10,644 bases of DNA, from the NCBI GenBank assembly GCA_965369615.1, contig CBDUQV010000054.1, forward strand, positions 1 to 10,644, written 5' to 3'. Origin of the DNA: an uncultured bacterium. GTDB taxonomy: Bacteria; Hydrothermota; E44-bin80. Of the stretch, positions 1-6,960 are shown piece after piece. The notes beneath the pieces are model-generated. The model saw only the letters and a program-made list of their open reading frames with translations, did no database searches and was not told where the DNA came from. A program made the position numbers and the translations under genes. How positions within the stretch are numbered: position 1 is the first letter of the stretch; each line of letters starts with the position of its first letter.

Positions 1-113
1 GCTTCAACATCATCATCGCCGGGGAGATCTATTTCCCCTTTTCTCACAAGACCGAAGCTGAACCATTCAAGGGGACGGACAATCATGCCAAGAGTATAGA
101 AATCCTTACCTGA
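1..113 (+). CDS. 3' end of an unidentified upstream gene (partial; frame 3 reads ...FNIIIAGEIYFPFSHKTEAEPFKGTDNHAKSIEILT*)
   Basis: Frame 3 is open from the window edge to TGA at 111-113. The peptide is non-repetitive and protein-like. No similarity can be assigned by eye. It is too short for the ORF track. Confidence 0.3.
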   Translation, partial: FNIIIAGEIYFPFSHKTEAEPFKGTDNHAKSIEILT

Positions 114-120
114 AAAGGAA

Positions 121-2943
121 TTGTTTCTCCTTGACCAATTGTTCAATGAACAATTATCGGAAGGTGCAAAGAAGAATGCAAAGAGAGCAAAAAACACAAT
201 CTATGTTGCGAAATCACTATCAAAAGTGATGCGAATACAGAAATACATTAGAAAAACAAAGCATACATCTGTTTTTCCCGTATTAACAACAGTGAATCCC
301 CTTTTTCATCATGTGTATGAACGATTGCCAATCACGGAAAGGATACAGCTGCGCGTAATTTCTGAAACCCATGCAAGACTCATTGTGCGGTATATTCTTG
401 TTAAAGAAAGACACTCTTTGTTCTCAAAGGGCAATTTTTCACTATCACCGGAAACATCAGACTTTTTCACTACCTGGATAAGAAATATAAAGGAGTACAA
501 TTTGCATCTCACCTACACCGATATGGAAATTGTGTACAGGAAGGATGCAACACGTTTTGACCTGTCGCATAGAGAAAACAAATTCAACGAAAAACTCCTT
601 TCAGTGCTCAGTAAATTATTCTTTCTGTATGAAAAATTCTTACTGGACAACAATCTCCTTGACGAAAGTGATAAGAAATGGTGGGTCATAGACCACCTGA
701 GTTCGACGATTATCAAAAGATGTTCATTTTATATTGAACATCTTTCAATTCTCAGAACCATCGAACAAGTACTCTTCAGGAAAATATATCAAATTGCAAA
801 AAGCGTATCATTACTGGATTTTTCTTACGAATTTCCAGAAAATCAATTTACCACAACGACAATCATTGAACAGGATTATGTAATTGAAGAGAACCTTTCA
901 GGGAAAAATAGTCAATACCCGATTATTAAACTTCGCAAATACCAGAAGAAGGAACATGAGATCGAATCAATTGCCAGGAAAATCGATAAGCAAGAAATAA
1001 CCGGGGATATTGTCATTGTCGCTCCAGTAATCGATGAATACGAGTCTATACTCCAAAGGGTCTTTGCTCGTTACCACATTGCACCGCCGGGACTTGCCTA
1101 CAAGAAACTGTCCGAATCTCCCGTTATCAAGTCCTGCATGGCTTTATTTGACTTAATCAATGAGAGGTTTAGAAGAAGAGCTATGCTGAGCTTCTTACTT
1201 TCACCATTCACCAGCTTTTTCGAGCAGGATGAGAGAAAGCATATTGACAGACTGACAAGAAATGAAATGATTGTTGATGGTAATGATTGGATGAAATTAA
1301 AAACCAATACACCTGGGATTGGCAAGATTATTCAGCTTGTCCGAGAATTATCGGTATTGAAGACAAAAAAAGGTATTCCATTCCTTGACCACTATATTTC
1401 CTTGTTGCTTTCTCTGATCCATCCTGAGTATGAAGAAGAAATCAGCGCATTTAATATGATTCTCAATTACATTACTTCTCTAACACGGAAACCCATAGCA
1501 AGAACATGCAGCGAATTTACACTGAAGGATTTTCAGAGAATTATTACCACATATATAGAATCAGCCAGGGTGCGAACCGGAAATCCTGTTGACGAAACAA
1601 TACAGTTGCTTGACCTTGAGGAAGCAAGTGGCATGAAATTTGGCTCCGTCTTTCTGGTGGGACTCGTAGAAGGAAAACTTCCTCATGAGCCACAGCATAA
1701 CCCTCTCTTTTCCGAGAAATTGCTCGATGAAATGGGTTTTCCAACATACGATATGCTGTACACCCTCTCAAAATTTAATTTCGAAAACATTATGTGTGGA
1801 GCAAACACCATTTTCTGTTCATATTATGAAAAAGATGAAAGGGAAAATATCTATATGAAGAGTCCTTTCCTTCAGGGTATAGCCTGCACCGAGGAAAAAA
1901 ACACGGATAATGGCATCCAGACAGTTGTCGATTGGCAAATGCGATTGGGAGAAATCATACACAGCGGAGAAGAGCTCGGTGAACAGTTCGCTTCTCAATC
2001 AATGAAAGAAAGGGTTTTGTACATCAGAGACGGCATACGAAGGTTTTATGACGAGAAGAGGCTCCGAAATGTTAAGGATAGTATCCTTTCAGGTAAAGAA
2101 ATAGAACAATGCGTTGTCAGTACATTGAACAAACTATCGAAACGTATCTCTGCATCATTTCTCGAAACATACAAACGCTGTCCTTACCAGTTCTTTCTGC
2201 ACTACATAGTGGGATTAGGAGAAACGACAGAACCGGAAAAAGGTATGGATCGTGGACTCCGGGGACGGGTTATCCATGCAATCCTTGCCCGCTTCTTTGA
2301 AAGAAGATTGCATAAAAAGGTTCAAAAGAGTCTCAGGAACAACTGGGGTGAGATGCGAACAATTGCCATTGATGTCATTGAACGTTTAATACCAGGAAAA
2401 AGAGACCGTATTTTACTCAAGGTCGAACTTATTTCAAAAGAACACTCCTCACTCCTCTACAAGTTCCTGGACTTCGAATCAGAGAAACACATCAATCATA
2501 CCATTTCTGACACTGAATGGAGATTTTCAGGAAAAGATGTCTCCATGATCATTAACGGAGATAAACTTGGGTTCGTTGGAATTATTGACAGGATTGATAA
2601 AAGTCCTCATGGTCTCATTATTTACGATTACAAAACAGGAAGTAAAACGAAGCTTCCTCGAGACAGTTATATTCAGGAAGGGACTTCTTTCCAACTACCG
2701 CTCTATGCGCTGGCAGTTGAAACATGCATTGGCAAGGTTTCGGAAACCGCATACTACCTTATCAGTAACAAAGATGGCGTTCTCACCCAACAGAGAAAGA
2801 TCATTTCCTCACAACTCCTGAAATCGAATATTGCGCAGGTTTGGAAAGCAATGAATGAATTTAATTTTGAATCTCAACGTACTGCACAATGTACGGACTT
2901 CTGCCCATACCTTAACCTCTGTCCGGAATTTCACAGAAGATGA
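121..2943 (+). CDS. addB: AddB-type helicase-nuclease subunit B (PD-(D/E)XK nuclease with iron-staple Fe-S cysteines), 940 aa
   Basis: Near the C-terminus the nuclease motif IIYDYKTGS (nt ~2619-2645) is flanked by four cysteines arranged as in the AddB iron-staple: Cys in KRCPYQFF (tgt 2179-2181) plus C-x3-C-x5-C in CTDFCPYLNLCPEF (2890-2922). The stop TGA at 2941-2943 overlaps the addA ATG (ATGA). The first in-frame start after the upstream TAG (97-99) is TTG at 121. The first ATG is ~35 codons later, so the exact start is uncertain. There is no N-terminal Walker A (GSGKT), unlike Bacillus AddB. Confidence 0.85.
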   Translation: MFLLDQLFNEQLSEGAKKNAKRAKNTIYVAKSLSKVMRIQKYIRKTKHTSVFPVLTTVNPLFHHVYERLPITERIQLRVISETHARLIVRYILVKERHSLFSKGNFSLSPETSDFFTTWIRNIKEYNLHLTYTDMEIVYRKDATRFDLSHRENKFNEKLLSVLSKLFFLYEKFLLDNNLLDESDKKWWVIDHLSSTIIKRCSFYIEHLSILRTIEQVLFRKIYQIAKSVSLLDFSYEFPENQFTTTTIIEQDYVIEENLSGKNSQYPIIKLRKYQKKEHEIESIARKIDKQEITGDIVIVAPVIDEYESILQRVFARYHIAPPGLAYKKLSESPVIKSCMALFDLINERFRRRAMLSFLLSPFTSFFEQDERKHIDRLTRNEMIVDGNDWMKLKTNTPGIGKIIQLVRELSVLKTKKGIPFLDHYISLLLSLIHPEYEEEISAFNMILNYITSLTRKPIARTCSEFTLKDFQRIITTYIESARVRTGNPVDETIQLLDLEEASGMKFGSVFLVGLVEGKLPHEPQHNPLFSEKLLDEMGFPTYDMLYTLSKFNFENIMCGANTIFCSYYEKDERENIYMKSPFLQGIACTEEKNTDNGIQTVVDWQMRLGEIIHSGEELGEQFASQSMKERVLYIRDGIRRFYDEKRLRNVKDSILSGKEIEQCVVSTLNKLSKRISASFLETYKRCPYQFFLHYIVGLGETTEPEKGMDRGLRGRVIHAILARFFERRLHKKVQKSLRNNWGEMRTIAIDVIERLIPGKRDRILLKVELISKEHSSLLYKFLDFESEKHINHTISDTEWRFSGKDVSMIINGDKLGFVGIIDRIDKSPHGLIIYDYKTGSKTKLPRDSYIQEGTSFQLPLYALAVETCIGKVSETAYYLISNKDGVLTQQRKIISSQLLKSNIAQVWKAMNEFNFESQRTAQCTDFCPYLNLCPEFHRR

Positions 2944-5900
2944 AACATACAGATAGTCTACAGAAGCTCTTCCGCAATTTCCTCATGAAAGAACTCAAAT
3001 TGGATGAACGGCAATACGCAGCAGTCCTGGGGGATGAGAAAAAGGATAAAACCGCATACAGACTCCTGGTTACCGCTCCAGCGGGTTCCGGAAAAACAAG
3101 AATTCTTGCCTCACGGTACCTTAAATTGCTGATTGATGGCGAAAAACCTGAAAACATCGTTGCAATTACCTTTACCAGAAAAGCAGCAGGAGAAATGAAA
3201 AAAAGGGTTGTTGAATACCTGCTCATGTTCCGCAAGGAAATTGAGGAGAATAAGCTCACAGACGACATTTCCCGCTGCCTGACAAACCGCGACATGTTCA
3301 ACAGAATCATTATTGCAATGCGTATTTCCACCATAGATTCCTTTCTTTCAAGTATTATTCTTCTCTTTCCAGGAGAATCCGGGGTAGACCCGAATTTCAC
3401 AGTAATGGATGAAATTGAGGAGGATGAACTTATTGATCGTGTCATTGACGAACTTGTTGAAGAACGCTTAGATAAGGATACATCACTCATAGATCTCTTG
3501 CAGTTTTTCAATTTCATTTACTCATCAACAGAGCCCAGTCGATCTACCTTCCTTTACAGCATCAAGAACATTGTAAAACACTGGGAAATATACGGCACAA
3601 CGATTACTAAACTGAGCACGATGACTATGCAACAGATCACTGATGAAACGATAAGGTTTATTGGAAATAGTATGAAAACAAGAACAACACTTGAAAAACT
3701 GAAAAATCGGTCAGCCGAATTTGAAAAACTGCAGAGAGCAGATGATGCTTTAATGGACACATTCCTTCTATTCATAATCCGTAATTCTGTAGATGATATA
3801 TTCAACAAGAGAGAAGACTTCATGTACTATCACCTACTCTTCTTGACACAAAAGGGAAAACCACGAAAGAAATGCCCTTTCAGGATTACAGACCCGTCAG
3901 TCAGGGAACAGTATGGTGAAATTGTACAGTTGTACGCAGACTGTTTTAATGGATTTCTGCTTGGTATTGATATTGACAATACTCAACTTACAAAAGGTTT
4001 TATCTCATTTGTCCTTGATGTCATACAGATTATTCAATCAAAAAAAAGAGAACGCGGTATACTGGGGATTGGTGACCTGAAAACAATCAGCTATGCGCTC
4101 TTGACGAGACATACTGAACGATTTAATATACTCTTTAACATGGATGCACGCATTAATCATTACCTTATTGATGAATTTCAAGACGTTGATCCAATCCAGT
4201 GGGAAATCTTCCAAAAATTGACTGAGGATTGGTTCTCAGGCGAAACGGCAAAGAGCGAACGAAGGATTGTTCCAACAATTTTTCTTGTTGGTGACGAAAA
4301 GCAATCAATCTATGGTTTTAGAAACGCTGATGTAAGCATCATTAATAATATAAAAGAGAGCGATGAATACTTCACTGAGAAGTTCTCACTCATTATAAAT
4401 TATCGCAGTAAAAAAGAGATTATCGATTCTGTGAATACACTCTTTGAAAATGCAATGAAAAGAATTGAAACCAGACCTACATCTGTTGGTTACGAGCGGA
4501 TGAAATCGCATGATATAACCGGCGGAGGAACCATTAAATTCATTGAGCTCGATCTCGATGGAAAAACTGAAAAATTAGCACCTCAACTCGCAGAGAAAGT
4601 AGCACAACTCATTCTTTCGGTAAGAAATCATTATGCAAACTGGGGGGATATTGCCCTGCTTTTCACAAATTCCCTTCATTTTCACTATTATGAAAAGGTA
4701 TTCGAGGCTCAATCAATCCCTTACGTATCATCAGGAGGCACGTTCTTTTTTGATAATGCGGAAATTCGTGAACTTCTCAAAATACTGGAATTCCTTGAAA
4801 ATCCTTACAACGACATTTCTTGCGCTGCATTATTTCTCTCCCCTCTTTTTGGCTATGAACTCAGTGATTTACTTGAACTCGCGCTGTTTTCTCCTTCCAT
4901 ACAATCAGGAAGTATCGAATTCTCTCTCTACGATACGCTACAGCTTTTCTTTAGCACAAAATACAATAGATTTCTCAACCTGACGCAGAACTGGATTGAT
5001 GAAAGAGATAGAATACCAATTGTGCAATTGCTCGACAAGGCAATACTTGACACCAATGCTTACGGTATCCTTGTTGATAGCAAAGGAGGACAGAAGGATG
5101 TCAATATCAAGAAACTACTCACTTTGGTTGAAAACATTTCCCAACAAACAACGAATTATGCATTTTTTTATGACAGATTGAACAGAGTTATACAAACCCG
5201 TGAAAAAAATGCTGATATAGACATTGGTATCGGCTCATTCACAGAAGAGGAAAAGAGCTCCATTCACTTAATGACAGTGCATAAAGCAAAAGGTCTCGAA
5301 TTCCCGGTTATCATACTGCCAGAAGTTGATGGAGGAACGATGAAGATAAGCTCTGCAGGCATTGAAATTGACAGATATTCTCCGTACCTGTTCTTCCTCA
5401 AGAAATATCGCAACATAAACACACCACTCATCCACAAATACAGGGAAATAAAGAGAGGAAGAGAAGAAGAGGAATTAAAAAGACTCCTGTATGTTGCCTT
5501 AACGAGAGCAAAAAATGAATTGTATCTTTTCTCAACGAAAAGCAGGGTTACCGATACACAAATATGGTTGAAAATAATTCATGCTGCGCATTTTCCAAAA
5601 ACCTCTTCGCTCAAGCTCACGATTGAACCCCGCAAAGAAGTAATCGCAGTGCCTGAGAAAGTGAAAGCAATTTACCAGTTTACCGAGAAAAGCACGTTTT
5701 CACCTCCTAAAACCGAGATATCACCCAGTAAACGTGGTAAAGAAATTGCACGCTTCACTCTTGAAAATGAACGGGCGAAACTGAAAGGAACAATACTGCA
5801 TAAACTCTTTGAACTCATTGGTGAAAAACATTTGCTCTCATTCGATGCTGAATACATTTCGCAGACCGTTGATATTATTTCACTGCAAATGGATTCATTG

Positions 5901-6293
5901 TTCCTCTATGATGAAGCGATGGAAAAAGCGATTAAGAGCGAATTCTCAAAAGTTTTGCATGACAAGAATATCATGCTGATTATGGCAAATGAGCATAGTT
6001 TTAACGAATTTTATTACTCATTTGAAATAAAAGACGAGGATGCCAAATTCATCACCGTATCAGGTATAATGGATAAAGTGATTTTCAAAAATGGCAACAT
6101 ACTCATATACGATTATAAGACCGATTCTATTAACGAAACATCACGAAAAAGTTTCATCGAGAACATGAAAAAACAATATAAACATCAGATGGAAGCATAT
6201 CGATCAGCGGCAATCCATCTTTTTAATAAAAAGAAGGAAGACATCAGTACTTTTCTCATTTTGACATCGATACTTGAAGTCGTAGAAGTATAA
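2940..6293 (+). CDS. addA: AddA-type ATP-dependent helicase/nuclease subunit A (UvrD/Rep superfamily 1 helicase plus C-terminal RecB-family nuclease), 1117 aa
   Basis: Walker A VTAPAGSGKTRIL (nt ~3075-3100). Motif II IDEFQDVDPIQ (DEFQD). Motif III LVGDEKQSIYGFRNAD. Motif V/VI TVHKAKGLEFPVIIL and LLYVALTRAKNELYLF. C-terminal nuclease ILIYDYKTDS followed by the QxxxY motif KHQMEAYRSAA. ATGA overlap with addB at 2940-2943. The gene order addB then addA is as in Bacillus. Confidence 0.9.
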   Translation: MKHTDSLQKLFRNFLMKELKLDERQYAAVLGDEKKDKTAYRLLVTAPAGSGKTRILASRYLKLLIDGEKPENIVAITFTRKAAGEMKKRVVEYLLMFRKEIEENKLTDDISRCLTNRDMFNRIIIAMRISTIDSFLSSIILLFPGESGVDPNFTVMDEIEEDELIDRVIDELVEERLDKDTSLIDLLQFFNFIYSSTEPSRSTFLYSIKNIVKHWEIYGTTITKLSTMTMQQITDETIRFIGNSMKTRTTLEKLKNRSAEFEKLQRADDALMDTFLLFIIRNSVDDIFNKREDFMYYHLLFLTQKGKPRKKCPFRITDPSVREQYGEIVQLYADCFNGFLLGIDIDNTQLTKGFISFVLDVIQIIQSKKRERGILGIGDLKTISYALLTRHTERFNILFNMDARINHYLIDEFQDVDPIQWEIFQKLTEDWFSGETAKSERRIVPTIFLVGDEKQSIYGFRNADVSIINNIKESDEYFTEKFSLIINYRSKKEIIDSVNTLFENAMKRIETRPTSVGYERMKSHDITGGGTIKFIELDLDGKTEKLAPQLAEKVAQLILSVRNHYANWGDIALLFTNSLHFHYYEKVFEAQSIPYVSSGGTFFFDNAEIRELLKILEFLENPYNDISCAALFLSPLFGYELSDLLELALFSPSIQSGSIEFSLYDTLQLFFSTKYNRFLNLTQNWIDERDRIPIVQLLDKAILDTNAYGILVDSKGGQKDVNIKKLLTLVENISQQTTNYAFFYDRLNRVIQTREKNADIDIGIGSFTEEEKSSIHLMTVHKAKGLEFPVIILPEVDGGTMKISSAGIEIDRYSPYLFFLKKYRNINTPLIHKYREIKRGREEEELKRLLYVALTRAKNELYLFSTKSRVTDTQIWLKIIHAAHFPKTSSLKLTIEPRKEVIAVPEKVKAIYQFTEKSTFSPPKTEISPSKRGKEIARFTLENERAKLKGTILHKLFELIGEKHLLSFDAEYISQTVDIISLQMDSLFLYDEAMEKAIKSEFSKVLHDKNIMLIMANEHSFNEFYYSFEIKDEDAKFITVSGIMDKVIFKNGNILIYDYKTDSINETSRKSFIENMKKQYKHQMEAYRSAAIHLFNKKKEDISTFLILTSILEVVEV

Positions 6294-6391
6294 TTAAATA
6301 TTGAAAATACCTAAGGTGTTGGAATTGAAATTATTTTTACTGCTTTTATCCATCATTTTTGCGGTTGCCGTTGGTTTTTTCTAAAAAGAAG

Positions 6392-6420
6392 TTGACAATC
6401 GGCTGAAGTTCTGCTAATAA
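6392..6420 (+). promoter_or_regulatory. Sigma70-like promoter: TTGACA (6392-6397), 17-nt spacer, TAATAA (6415-6420)
   Basis: Perfect -35 hexamer, 17-nt spacer and a near-consensus -10, positioned about 20 nt upstream of the GTG start at 6441. It lies in the only sizeable intergenic gap (6294-6440). Confidence 0.55.
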
Positions 6421-6430
6421 TCTGTAAAAA

Positions 6431-6436
6431 AGGAGG
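6431..6436 (+). promoter_or_regulatory. Shine-Dalgarno AGGAGG, 4 nt upstream of GTG 6441
   Basis: aaAGGAGGcattGTG is the strongest ribosome-binding site in the window and supports the GTG start of the 172-aa ORF. Confidence 0.6.
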
Positions 6437-6440
6437 CATT

Positions 6441-6959
6441 GTGGGAGATATCGGAAAAAGTTTAAAAAATCTTATGGAGAAGATAGCATTTCATATCCCG
6501 GGATACGCAGGATACCAGAAGCGGGAGAAAAGAAGAGAAACAGATCATCTCTACCGAATGCATCTTGTTGAAAAACTGAGAGGAATAAAAAGAAGTTTTG
6601 ATGAGGTAGCAACCGAAATATCGAACAAGGGAAACCTGGATCTGCTTAAACCGGTTGATAGAATATTTAAGAAACTGGAAAAAGTTACCGACACAATTCG
6701 TTTTGCAGATCATGGTTATAAAGGCTTCTTTGATGTCGTTGCTGTTGATTTCCCGGAATTGGAAAAACTGTACAATTTTGATCTTTCACTTCAAAACGAT
6801 ATTAGCGCCCTCAAGGAAAAAGTTACTGTGATTTCAAAGGCACTTGACTCAGATACACTCATGCCTCTTCTTGAAGGCTTTGTGAAAGCATTGAATGAAC
6901 TCAATGAAAAACTCGCAACAAGAGATGAATGCATAACAGGCATTACTGGAGGAAACTAA
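6441..6959 (+). CDS. Hypothetical soluble helical / coiled-coil-like protein, 172 aa, unknown family; translationally coupled to the downstream SPFH gene
   Basis: GTG start with strong SD and promoter. No hydrophobic segment. Charged, heptad-like stretches (LEKVTDTIRF..., ISALKEKVTVISKALDSDTLMPLLEGFVKALNELNEKLATRDE). Stop TAA at 6957-6959 and the next ATG at 6961 give a 1-nt gap. No motif recognised by eye. Confidence 0.7.
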   Translation: MGDIGKSLKNLMEKIAFHIPGYAGYQKREKRRETDHLYRMHLVEKLRGIKRSFDEVATEISNKGNLDLLKPVDRIFKKLEKVTDTIRFADHGYKGFFDVVAVDFPELEKLYNFDLSLQNDISALKEKVTVISKALDSDTLMPLLEGFVKALNELNEKLATRDECITGITGGN

Positions 6960-6960
6960 A

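Noticed and set aside
309-1771. Four 67-75-aa minus-strand ORFs inside addB, and minus-strand ORFs at 3554-3823 and 5672-5857 inside addA
   Set aside because: They are short, lack RBS, and overlap the long conserved + strand CDS. This is typical antisense noise.
2912-3517. 201-aa antisense ORF, extremely Ser-rich, overlapping the addB/addA junction
   Set aside because: It lies entirely within the strongly supported addB and addA coding sequence. The low-complexity Ser/Ile composition is the expected mirror of AT-rich sense codons, and there are no start or SD signals. It is a shadow ORF.
4633-5181. Two same-strand internal ORFs (116 aa and 61 aa) inside addA in alternative frames
   Set aside because: They are embedded in a continuous helicase domain with conserved motifs in the main frame. 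They are out-of-frame artefacts.
6355-6381. Possible rho-independent terminator after addA (GC-rich gcggttgccgttgg followed by T6)
   Set aside because: The T-run is present but the upstream segment is not self-complementary beyond a 3-bp cgg/ccg stem. It is not a convincing hairpin, so how addA transcription ends is unresolved.
6294-6440. tRNA, riboswitch or CRISPR-like structure in the main intergenic gap
   Set aside because: There is no cloverleaf-compatible inverted-repeat pattern and no repeated spacer-repeat units. Only the promoter, SD and a short ATTGAAA direct repeat are present.
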